Below are positions 1 to 6,877 of a stretch of 32,000 bases of DNA, piece by piece. The notes under the pieces were generated by a model that saw only the letters and a list, made by a program, of their open reading frames with translations, made no database searches and had not been told where the DNA came from. Position 1 is the stretch's first letter; every line of letters begins with the position of its first letter. Origin of the DNA: Nitrosopumilaceae archaeon (GTDB lineage: Archaea; Thermoproteota; Nitrososphaeria; Nitrososphaerales; Nitrosopumilaceae); NCBI GenBank assembly GCA_035631875.1, contig DASQHX010000010.1, positions 218,708-250,707 of the forward strand, in the 5' to 3' direction. The position numbers and the translations under genes were made by a program.

Positions 1-437
1 CCAGGCCCATCACAGGTGTAAACTGATGGAATGGTTCCGTTATTTTCAAATGCTGAACTTGATAAAACCATGACTTGATCTGTTTTAATTTGTATGATAT
101 TTTCCTGTATCAAATACTGAATGCCTTTAACAAAATCATTATCAGTTATGGTACCATTTGCCCACAAACCAGCATTGTTTTTAATCCAACTTGGAATTTG
201 CTGGGAAGAACCATATCCTGATTGAGTTTGTGGAACTTTCATCATTCCAGCTTGTATCAAATATTGAATTCCGTTAACAAAATCATTGTTCCCAATTTGT
301 CCTTCTGACCACCACTTGGCGTTGTTTTTTATCCACGGTGGAATCTGTATTTCTTCAGCAAGAGATTTGGTTAAAAATAACGATACAGTAAGTATCGTAA
401 ACAACATTACAAGCCCAAAAATTCTTCCATATCCCAT
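1..437 (-). CDS. Secreted or membrane-anchored protein, partial (runs off the left edge): N-terminal hydrophobic signal/anchor, two copies of a ~36-aa motif spaced 49 aa apart, then the start of a PEBP (YbhB/YbcL-type) domain
   Basis: This ORF is not in the ORF track because it is open at the window edge. My reverse-strand translation from ATG at 437-435 reads MGYGRIFGLVMLFTILTVSLFLTKSLAEE. It continues with IQIPPWIKNNAKWWSEGQIGNNDFVNGIQYLIQAGMM and QQIPSWIKNNAGLWANGTITDNDFVKGIQYLIQENII. It ends LSSSAFENNGTIPSVYTCDGPG, which resembles the start of PEBP/YbhB-family domains (F..g..IP..yTCdG). There are no stops down to position 1. Confidence 0.7.
   Translation of the reverse strand, partial: MGYGRIFGLVMLFTILTVSLFLTKSLAEEIQIPPWIKNNAKWWSEGQIGNNDFVNGIQYLIQAGMMKVPQTQSGYGSSQQIPSWIKNNAGLWANGTITDNDFVKGIQYLIQENIIQIKTDQVMVLSSSAFENNGTIPSVYTCDGP
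93..347 (-). repeat. Intragenic tandem duplication with a 147-nt (49-aa) period, encoding the IPxWIKNNAxxWxxGxIxxNDFVxGIQYLIQ motif twice
   Basis: DNA-level similarity is visible between about 108-215 and 255-350 (for example tatcaaatactgaat...aacaaaatcatt versus tatcaaatattgaat...aacaaaatcatt). The protein copies are residues 31-66 and 80-115 of the partial ORF. Confidence 0.75.
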
Positions 438-469
438 AAAGTAAACTAGCAAATGGTTTTAGATAAATT

Positions 470-1360
470 CTATCCACGTGGTCTTTTTTTATTATTTTTT
501 GCTATAATCAAATCTACTTTATAGTGAAGGTCCAAACGTGAATTAATATTTAATTTCCAAGGCAGAAACTTTGGTTTTTTTGTATTTTGAATAATGACAA
601 ATCCTCTTTTTTCTAATTCAGATCTAAGAGATTTAGAATCAACTGTATGTTTTACAGAATTTGTTCCTCTCTCAAAGTCATATGGATCAGAAATCAAAAT
701 AACATCACTTGCTTGTTTAGATAAAACATTTAGCAGATCTTGCGGTTCAACAAGTTCTAATAGATTTAGTCCAACAATTAAACCAAATTTATTTTTACCA
801 AAAGGATGATTTAATGAGTTGGCTACAAAAAAATCAAGGTTTTTAAAATTATTTTGTTTTGCTTCTAATATGGCAAAAAAAGATTGATCTATTCCAAATA
901 CAATATCATGTTTTTTTGCCAGATATTTTGTAACATATCCTATTGAACAACCGTGCTCTAATGCAAGGTCAGTTTTGGAAAATTTATCAAGTGAATTTTT
1001 TATATGCGAGTAAAATTTAGACTTGATGCTATTTTTGTATGTAGCTACCCATCGTTTTTCTATAGGAGTTACATCTGAATTAGAATTCTTTATTTTTCCA
1101 AGTGAATTTTTTACAAATGATTTTATCTTTTCATTTTTTGCTCTAGTCATCAGGTATCCTCCCAATTGAGTACGATTAGAAAAATACGATGTGAAATTAG
1201 AATACAGGATTGGAATTTTTGAAATTATTGGATATGTGTTGTTACAATTGTTACAAATAAGAAAACCTTCTTCAATTTCATACGATTGTTCAAGTATTTC
1301 TATATCTAGCATACCATAACAATTTACACATCGTAGATATTTCAGGCTGAATTGATGCAT
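470..1360 (-). CDS. Class I SAM-dependent methyltransferase with an N-terminal Trm112-like zinc-ribbon
   Basis: 296-aa ORF. The N-terminus LRCVNCYGML...FLICNNCNNTYPIISKIPILY has a CxxC...CxxC pattern plus the YPI..(G/K)IP(I/L)L signature typical of Trm112p-like domains. The central LEHGCSIGYVTKYLAKKHDIVFGIDQS resembles SAM-binding motif I followed by an acidic residue at the end of beta-2. Confidence 0.7.
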   Translation of the reverse strand: MHQFSLKYLRCVNCYGMLDIEILEQSYEIEEGFLICNNCNNTYPIISKIPILYSNFTSYFSNRTQLGGYLMTRAKNEKIKSFVKNSLGKIKNSNSDVTPIEKRWVATYKNSIKSKFYSHIKNSLDKFSKTDLALEHGCSIGYVTKYLAKKHDIVFGIDQSFFAILEAKQNNFKNLDFFVANSLNHPFGKNKFGLIVGLNLLELVEPQDLLNVLSKQASDVILISDPYDFERGTNSVKHTVDSKSLRSELEKRGFVIIQNTKKPKFLPWKLNINSRLDLHYKVDLIIAKNNKKRPRG

Positions 1361-1384
1361 TTTAGATAAAAGATAACATGGTTC

Positions 1385-2185
1385 CTATTCTTTGAGTTTT
1401 CCCTCTTGAAAAACACCTGAGCCATACCAACAGTATCTAAAATAATCTAAGCACCATTCATGAAAAAGCTGATCTTTGCTGTAGAACATTTCTCGCATAT
1501 CTGCGTCCTCATCAAGTGTAGGAAAGACAACACATGCTTCTTTTTCATTTAAAACAATTACCACACTAACATTTTTTTTCATTTTTCTTTCAACCAAACC
1601 TTTCTCTAAGAGGCTTTTCATGCCAAGTTTAGCCAAAAGTTCTTTTCTTCCCTTTGGTATGATAACAAATTCTGAGAAAATATAATTTAGTTTTATACCG
1701 TGTTTTACTTTGTTAAGAAGCGGTTCGATTAGATCAAGAGGCACCTCAGTAAAAATTTGATAAATGTAATCATCAGCATTTTTGTATATGGATTTCCATT
1801 GTTCCAGTACTTTGACAAAGCCCTTCACATGTTGACCTTCAGATAATGCCCCAATTCTCTGAATGAACTTCATTGGAATATCTCCAAAATCATGATTTTC
1901 AAAATATTTTCTATTTTTGGACAAGAAAAGTAACGAAGGCACTTGAGTACAGATAGTTTTACCGTAAGTAGTGAGATCATAATATCCATCCTTGTCCTTC
2001 TTTATCAAGCCTGCATCAGATAGTCGTTCAAAATTTCTATGGACTTCTTGAACTGTTGCACCCAATTCCTTTGCCATGTTGGAGATCTTTGTTTTTTTCA
2101 AAAGAAGGTTAAAGATTATGTTTAATCTTTGTTCGCTTGCTAGTTCTAAAAAATCTTCTGCTGCATTTTCATAATTATTTTCCAT
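1385..2185 (-). CDS. Winged-helix (ArsR-type) transcriptional regulator with a DUF1724-like C-terminal domain
   Basis: 266-aa ORF. The N-terminal FLELASEQRLNIIFNLLLKKTKISNMAKELGATVQEVHRNFERLSDAGLIKKDKDGYYDLTTYG is a typical ArsR/wHTH segment. A long C-terminal domain follows, as in archaeal DUF1724 regulators. The family name is from recollection, not a search. Confidence 0.7.
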   Translation of the reverse strand: MENNYENAAEDFLELASEQRLNIIFNLLLKKTKISNMAKELGATVQEVHRNFERLSDAGLIKKDKDGYYDLTTYGKTICTQVPSLLFLSKNRKYFENHDFGDIPMKFIQRIGALSEGQHVKGFVKVLEQWKSIYKNADDYIYQIFTEVPLDLIEPLLNKVKHGIKLNYIFSEFVIIPKGRKELLAKLGMKSLLEKGLVERKMKKNVSVVIVLNEKEACVVFPTLDEDADMREMFYSKDQLFHEWCLDYFRYCWYGSGVFQEGKLKE

Positions 2186-2230
2186 ATGCAGATTTTACAA
2201 AGTATGAATCTAAATCTTACGTGCATAAAT

Positions 2231-2350
2231 TTAAGATTCTGGCCAATTTGCACCACATTTTTGGCAAGTACCTCTGAACCCTCGATATTTTGCCTCAAAG
2301 ACGACTAGGGCTTCTGGCGAGCCACACCCAAGACATTCTGTTTTTTCCAT
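2231..2350 (-). CDS. Small zinc-ribbon protein (39 aa)
   Basis: Below the ORF-track cut-off. My translation is MEKTECLGCGSPEALVVFEAKYRGFRGTCQKCGANWPES, with CxxC-x19-CxxC. It fills an otherwise empty gap and has ATG and TAA boundaries. Confidence 0.5.
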   Translation of the reverse strand: MEKTECLGCGSPEALVVFEAKYRGFRGTCQKCGANWPES

Positions 2351-2458
2351 ACTCTATAGTAATGCATATTTTGTAGATTACCTAAGCTCAACAACTTAGC
2401 TTATTATTCATACAATTAGCTGATTAGAGACTATCAACATCCTTTGTTTAGTATAAGC

Positions 2459-2614
2459 ATGGAATCAAAATCAGAACTAACACGAACAAAATCTAGCACA
2501 TGGCACAAGGAAGTACGTGCACCTTTCAAGAAAGTGGTCGCGTTTGACCTGCTCTTTTATGGTCTAGGTGCAATAACTGGTGCTGGAATCATAGGTGCAA
2601 TCCTACTTTCTTAG
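2459..2614 (+). CDS. 51-aa ORF resembling only the N-terminus and first TM helix of an APC-superfamily amino-acid permease; either a gene remnant or a small membrane protein
   Basis: My translation is MESKSELTRTKSSTWHKEVRAPFKKVVAFDLLFYGLGAITGAGIIGAILLS*. The FDLxxxGxGAIxGAGI string matches the conserved TM1 glycine-rich motif of APC permeases. The ORF stops after one helix and the malic enzyme gene follows. Confidence 0.3.
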   Translation: MESKSELTRTKSSTWHKEVRAPFKKVVAFDLLFYGLGAITGAGIIGAILLS

Positions 2615-2623
2615 GGATTGCAC

Positions 2624-2636
2624 ATTATTTTTTAAT
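2624..2636 (+). promoter_or_regulatory. TATA-like box (attattttttaat) about 28 nt upstream of the malic enzyme ATG, suggesting a leaderless or short-leader transcript
   Basis: An A/T-only element is centred about 28 nt upstream of ATG 2658. This spacing fits an archaeal TATA at about -26/-27 from a TSS at or near the start codon. No consensus scoring was possible. Confidence 0.35.
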
Positions 2637-2657
2637 CATCAAATCCTACCATCAAGC

Positions 2658-3830
2658 ATGTTATCACCAAAAGTCACTGCAAGAAAAGCCATAGCATTAC
2701 ACAAGAAACTAAAAGGCAGAATTTTACTTGGAAATAAAACTCATAAATTAAATCTAAAAGAAATACAGTTGATTTACACTCCAGGAGTTGCAGCTGTAAG
2801 CGAGGTAATTTTCCATCATCCAGACCAGAAATATATCCTCACATCAAAACGAAACAATGTTGCCATAGTAACTGACGGAACAAGAATTCTAGGATTAGGA
2901 AACATTGGTCCTTATGCAGCACTTCCAGTAATGGAGGGAAAGGCTGTACTGTATAGACAGTTTGGCGGCATTACTGCTTTTCCGTTATGTCTTAACACAA
3001 CTAAAAAAGATCAAATCATTAAAACAATTCAAGCAATAGAGCCAGCTTTTGGTGCAATAAACCTTGAAGATATAGAATCTCCCAAAGTCATGGAAATTGC
3101 AGAAGAGCTTGAAAGAAAAATTGCCATTCCAGTATTTCATGACGACCGACACGGAACGTCAGTTGTCGCCTTGGCTGCATTGTTTAACTCATTAAAACTA
3201 GTCAAAAAACAAATTTCCTCAATCAAAATAGTAATAGCTGGAGCTGGTTCTGCAGGTTTTGGTATTGCAAGTCTACTCAAATTTGCTGGTTGCAAAAACA
3301 TCATTGTGGTAGATTCAGTTGGTGCAATATACAAAGGAAGAGCTAAAAACATGAACAAATACAAAAAAATTATTGCATGTTCGACTAATTTCAAAAAAGA
3401 AAAGGGGGCATTTATAGAAATCATAAAAAATGCAGATGTATTCATTGGTGTATCAGGAGTCAAAAATATGCTGACATCTAGTATGATCAAAACTATGAAT
3501 CGAGATCCAATAGTTTTTGCCCTTACAAATCCAGAACCTGAGGTTGATCCTTTGATTGCAAAAAAAGCCGGTGTAAAAATTATTGCTACAGGAAGCTACA
3601 GGTTTCATAATAGAGTAAACAACGCACTAGTATTCCCATACTTGATGAGGGCAATCTTGGATCAAAAAATACAAAAGATAAGCCTTGGCATGCTTTTGGC
3701 AACTGCAAGGGCTATAGCAAACACGGTTATCAAGAAAGAATTACACTACACTCACATTATACCTGATGTTGGAGACAAAATACTTCAAAAAAACATAACT
3801 TTGGCATTAAAAAAATTCTATAAAAAATGA
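2658..3830 (+). CDS. NAD(P)-dependent malic enzyme (oxaloacetate-decarboxylating malate dehydrogenase)
   Basis: The ORF track starts at GTG 2595. I prefer the in-frame ATG at 2658 (MLSPKVTARKAIALH...) because the extension overlaps the upstream small ORF and a TATA-like box sits at -28. Malic-enzyme hallmarks are present: YTPGVA, VAIVTDGTRILGLGNIG, GGITAFPL, FGAINLEDI, FHDDRHGTSVV, and the GAGSAG dinucleotide fold. Confidence 0.9.
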   Translation: MLSPKVTARKAIALHKKLKGRILLGNKTHKLNLKEIQLIYTPGVAAVSEVIFHHPDQKYILTSKRNNVAIVTDGTRILGLGNIGPYAALPVMEGKAVLYRQFGGITAFPLCLNTTKKDQIIKTIQAIEPAFGAINLEDIESPKVMEIAEELERKIAIPVFHDDRHGTSVVALAALFNSLKLVKKQISSIKIVIAGAGSAGFGIASLLKFAGCKNIIVVDSVGAIYKGRAKNMNKYKKIIACSTNFKKEKGAFIEIIKNADVFIGVSGVKNMLTSSMIKTMNRDPIVFALTNPEPEVDPLIAKKAGVKIIATGSYRFHNRVNNALVFPYLMRAILDQKIQKISLGMLLATARAIANTVIKKELHYTHIIPDVGDKILQKNITLALKKFYKK

Positions 3831-3850
3831 CTAAAAATGCTGAATATTAT

Positions 3851-3869
3851 GCTTCGAAAAAACCGAAGC
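3851..3869 (+). terminator. Hairpin (gcttcg-aaaaaac-cgaagc) 20 nt downstream of the malic enzyme stop
   Basis: A perfect 6-bp inverted repeat with a 7-nt loop, extendable by A-T and G-U pairs. No clear T-run follows, so a terminator role is tentative. Confidence 0.3.
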
Positions 3870-3982
3870 GTTCTCAAAAGCCTAAAAAATAGAAAACAAT
3901 GACAAACTAAATGTGGCTTAGTTAACCATGTTACTGAACAATGTGTCGCAAGTCTTTATAGATTAGCCAAAGTAGTCGGGGT

Positions 3983-4171
3983 ATGGCAATGATGTTTATG
4001 GGCACAAAGTCCGTGTTTTTGAATTTTGCTAGCAAATTCGTAGAAAGAAGAGCAAGTATGATGCCAATACTGATTTCATTTCCCACTATCGGGATTGTAG
4101 TTACAACAAGTTTGGTAATAATAGGACTAACAATAATGAAATATCAAAGTAAGGTAAACAGCCATGGATGA
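3983..4171 (+). CDS. Hypothetical small membrane protein (62 aa, one predicted TM helix)
   Basis: The ORF contains a hydrophobic stretch, MPILISFPTIGIVVTTSLVIIGLTIM. Its stop overlaps the next ATG (ATGGATGA), which suggests translational coupling. I recognise no family. Confidence 0.4.
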   Translation: MAMMFMGTKSVFLNFASKFVERRASMMPILISFPTIGIVVTTSLVIIGLTIMKYQSKVNSHG

Positions 4172-4406
4172 CAAATTATTTGATGAAATTTTTGTTTCCT
4201 CAAATTTCATTACTGTATTTTGTACTCAAGATGAATTAGATGGTTACCTAAACTCCATGATTTTATCATGTATGCCAAAAGGAATGAGTATTGTTTTTAC
4301 CAAAAAGAAACTGAATAGGAAATATGCCAAAAATGAGATAATGAATGCAACACCAGAACAGATTAAAGGAATGATTGAATCGATTGGACCAACAATGGTT
4401 CACTAG
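4164..4406 (+). CDS. Hypothetical protein (80 aa)
   Basis: ORF with an 8-nt overlap with the upstream ORF. No recognisable motif. Confidence 0.45.
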   Translation: MDDKLFDEIFVSSNFITVFCTQDELDGYLNSMILSCMPKGMSIVFTKKKLNRKYAKNEIMNATPEQIKGMIESIGPTMVH

Positions 4407-4651
4407 TATTTTGTAGTCTTAATAACAACAGTTCTGTTAGTCTCAGATGTTACTCACAACTAATAATCTGGATCTCTGAAGTTATAATGAACCGAGACGC
4501 AGCAATTGTTTTCTGAGCAGATTCTTTATGATCCATTTCACGCATTACTCTTCTCTATCCAGGAACTAAACTTAATTAGTTTGAAATAATCCTATTAAAT
4601 GGAGTTTAGGGGGCAATAATTTAGATTGTACGATTATTTCCTATAGTTGTC

Positions 4652-4873
4652 ATGTCTCACACGCGGAAAGATCCATCATTGAAGGAAATGTGGAAAGTCA
4701 TCGAAAGATACGGAATTAAGCAAGAAATGTTTGAGAGATCACATCCAACTAACCAAGATATTTTGGTGCTGTATAATCTTATTAAACAAAAAAAGCACAA
4801 GTATAGAGAAGATGAGATGGTTAAACTTCTAAAAGAACATGTTGAAAAAATAAAGAAACGTGATAAATCATGA
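4652..4873 (+). CDS. Hypothetical protein (73 aa), Lys/Glu-rich and probably helical
   Basis: ATG-initiated ORF with an A/T-rich box (aataatttag, about 4615-4624) roughly 30 nt upstream. No recognisable family. Confidence 0.5.
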   Translation: MSHTRKDPSLKEMWKVIERYGIKQEMFERSHPTNQDILVLYNLIKQKKHKYREDEMVKLLKEHVEKIKKRDKS

Positions 4874-5028
4874 CCATATTATTTTAATTTTGAAGCAAGT
4901 TTTATCAGATTCCCAATTTTATTATTTCCCAAGTCCAGCTTAATTCTAGCTTGTTCAGATGGAAGTCTTCTAAATATTATGATTTTTAATGAAATTATAA
5001 TGTATTTGAATAGACTCAAACAAAAACC

Positions 5029-5041
5029 TAGAACGGTTCTA
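5029..5041. terminator. Palindromic hairpin tagaac-g-gttcta flanked by T-runs on both strands, between convergent genes
   Basis: A perfect 6-bp inverted repeat. It is followed by tttt on the + strand and by (gg)ttttt on the - strand. It lies 20 nt beyond the stop of the 5061..5366 gene. Confidence 0.35.
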
Positions 5042-5060
5042 TTTTGCTTGCATAAGTTAT

Positions 5061-5366
5061 TTATGGAGTCTTTCCCTTGAATTGAAAGAAAATTTCCTTT
5101 CTTGTTCCTTCTTGGTCCCATGCAGCAACCTTGTATCTGCCAGAAGTTTTCCACTGTTTTGTATCGAACTTTAAAACAGTAGAGTAGGATCCTTTTTGTG
5201 AATTAATGTATTGATCTGCACTAAATATTTCTTTTTCGGATGGATCAAAGACAACAAAGTGTAGTGTCTGTTTTGGATTAAGTGTTTCATAATCTAATTT
5301 TATCTTAACATATTCTCCTTCGTTATAAATTGCCTTGTCAATATTTAGTATGATTTTATTGGTCAT
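5061..5366 (-). CDS. Hypothetical protein (101 aa), probably all-beta, 11 nt downstream of the aldehyde dehydrogenase
   Basis: ATG ORF, co-directional with and close to the ALDH gene. The alternating hydrophobic pattern (YVKIKLDY, LHFVVFD, YSTVLKF, YKVAAWD, IFFQF) suggests a beta-sandwich. No family recognised. Confidence 0.55.
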   Translation of the reverse strand: MTNKIILNIDKAIYNEGEYVKIKLDYETLNPKQTLHFVVFDPSEKEIFSADQYINSQKGSYSTVLKFDTKQWKTSGRYKVAAWDQEGTRKEIFFQFKGKTP

Positions 5367-5377
5367 AGATAGAATCC

Positions 5378-6784
5378 CTATTCTACGTGATGATGATGAA
5401 CCAATTGATCATAGAATCTTATTGATTTTATGTTGACAAATTCCAACATACCATATCTTGATAATTCTCTGCCAAAGCCGCTGTGTTTTACACCGCCAAA
5501 AGGAATCCTGGGATCTGAAATCAAAACATTGTTAACTGTCACCATCCCAGATTCTACCATTTTTGACAATTTTTCTGCTTTTACCAGATCCTGTGTCCAC
5601 ATACTTGCTCCAAGGCCAAACTGGGAATCATTTGCAATTTTTATTGCCTCCATTTCACTATTAACAACAGTAATTGGCGCCACGGGGCCAAAAGTTTCCT
5701 CTTGTGCCATGCGCATTTTTGGCGAAATCTTGGCAATAATAGTGGGGCTGTAGAAATAGCCCTTGTTTTTTATTCGTTTTCCACCACTTAACACTTCTGC
5801 ACCGTTTTTGACAGCATCTGTCACCAGTTCATCTATCTTATTTAGGCCCTCAATGTTTACCAGCGGACCAATATCGGTATCATCCAAAGTGGGATCGCCA
5901 ACACGGAGTTTTTCTGTATTTTGAACAAATTTTTCAATAAATTCTTTTGAAATGTTTTTTGTTACCAAGAATCGTTTTGATGCAATACAGCTCTGACCAC
6001 AATTAATAAAACGACCTTTGACAGCTCCATTTGCGGCTTTTTCCACATCAGCATCATCACAAACTATGAAGGGATCACTGCCACCTAGTTCTAAAACACA
6101 TTTTTTTAGCTGCGATGTTGCTCTCTGAGCTACCTTTGCTCCTATCGAGGTACTTCCCGTAAATGTTACTGCGTTGATGTCTGAATCAATCATCGGTTCT
6201 ACAATACTAGAGTCACCAACTAAAGTTTGAAACACACCGTCAGGAAATCCCGCTTTTTTGAACAAATGTTCAATTTCAATTCCACATTGCATTGTTGCAC
6301 TAGCTGGTTTGAGAACGATAGTATTTCCTGCCATCAAAGAAGGTGCAGCAAATCTTAGTGCTTGCCAATAAGGAAAGTTCCATGGCATTATACTTCCTAT
6401 TATTCCAATTGGTTCAAATGACAAAAAGCTCTTTCTTGCATCGGTATTAACAATCTCAGGATTTAAGAAAATATCTCCATTGTCACCATAAAATTCCATG
6501 GCCCATGCACATTTTTCTACTTCAGAAAGTGCCTCCTTGATTGGCTTTCCCATTTCTCTGGTTGCAACACAAGCAAGTTCAGTTTTATTTTTTCTTAATT
6601 CATCAGCTAAAGTATGTACAAACGCAGATCTTTTTTTAATGTCTTTCTTCCATTCGTTAAACGCAGCTCTTGATTTTTTCACAGATTCATTGATCTTGTC
6701 TTTACTTATGATTTCATATTCAGCAATAACTTCTTCAGTGGTAGGATTGATTGTTTTTACTGTCATAACAAAACCAATACCCAT
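5378..6784 (-). CDS. NAD(P)+-dependent aldehyde dehydrogenase, succinate-semialdehyde dehydrogenase-like
   Basis: ALDH hallmarks are present: WNFPYWQ, the catalytic Glu in LELGGSDP, the catalytic Cys in FINCGQSCIASKRF, and EETFGPV. The size and the N-terminus TINPTTEEVIAEY fit the Sad/GabD-like subgroup. An alternative start is ATG 6766 (MTVKTINP...), 6 codons in. The protein ends with a natural HHHHVE. Confidence 0.9.
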   Translation of the reverse strand: MGIGFVMTVKTINPTTEEVIAEYEIISKDKINESVKKSRAAFNEWKKDIKKRSAFVHTLADELRKNKTELACVATREMGKPIKEALSEVEKCAWAMEFYGDNGDIFLNPEIVNTDARKSFLSFEPIGIIGSIMPWNFPYWQALRFAAPSLMAGNTIVLKPASATMQCGIEIEHLFKKAGFPDGVFQTLVGDSSIVEPMIDSDINAVTFTGSTSIGAKVAQRATSQLKKCVLELGGSDPFIVCDDADVEKAANGAVKGRFINCGQSCIASKRFLVTKNISKEFIEKFVQNTEKLRVGDPTLDDTDIGPLVNIEGLNKIDELVTDAVKNGAEVLSGGKRIKNKGYFYSPTIIAKISPKMRMAQEETFGPVAPITVVNSEMEAIKIANDSQFGLGASMWTQDLVKAEKLSKMVESGMVTVNNVLISDPRIPFGGVKHSGFGRELSRYGMLEFVNIKSIRFYDQLVHHHHVE

Positions 6785-6847
6785 TATTGTATTAGAATGT
6801 TACAATGATTTTCAATCTAATACAAAAAATTAACGCAGATTCAATAC

Positions 6848-6855
6848 TTTAAATA
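6848..6855 (+). promoter_or_regulatory. TATA box (tttaaata) about 26 nt upstream of the patatin-like gene ATG
   Basis: The element is centred about 26-27 nt upstream of ATG 6878, consistent with a leaderless archaeal transcript. Confidence 0.4.
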
Positions 6856-6877
6856 TTTTTCATTAGTATCAATACCG

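Noticed and set aside
2595-2657. GTG-initiated 21-codon N-terminal extension of the malic enzyme; similarly TTG extensions at 9327..9398 (ABM) and 22231..22293 (Mrp)
   Set aside because: The extensions add non-conserved, hydrophobic or odd residues ahead of typical family N-termini. They overlap upstream elements (a small ORF or TATA-like boxes), and an ATG sits at the expected position.
3137-3490. 117-aa minus-strand ORF inside the malic enzyme; the same applies to the other internal antisense ORFs in the track (594..809, 5430..5753, 6498..6833, 6976..7185, 7453..7803, 10631..10887, 12322..12837, 13609..13791, 14571..14813, 16145..16416, 20869..21394, 21827..22069, 23671..23880, 24055..24249, 25157..25849, 26492..27177, 27509..28924, 30027..30986)
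   Set aside because: All lie within, and antisense or out-of-frame to, genes with clear family motifs. None shows a recognisable motif of its own.
4530-4625. Short ORFs inside the 245-nt gap, for example minus-strand MREMDHKESAQKTIAASRFIITSEIQIISCE (31 aa), plus several plus-strand ORFs of about 13 aa or fewer
   Set aside because: No motif, no promoter spacing and very short. They are indistinguishable from chance ORFs in AT-rich DNA.
4879-5154. 91-aa minus-strand ORF overlapping the 3' end of 5061..5366
   Set aside because: It is out of frame with, and overlaps, a better ORF. The remainder covers the A/T-rich convergent terminator region, and the sequence looks non-protein-like.
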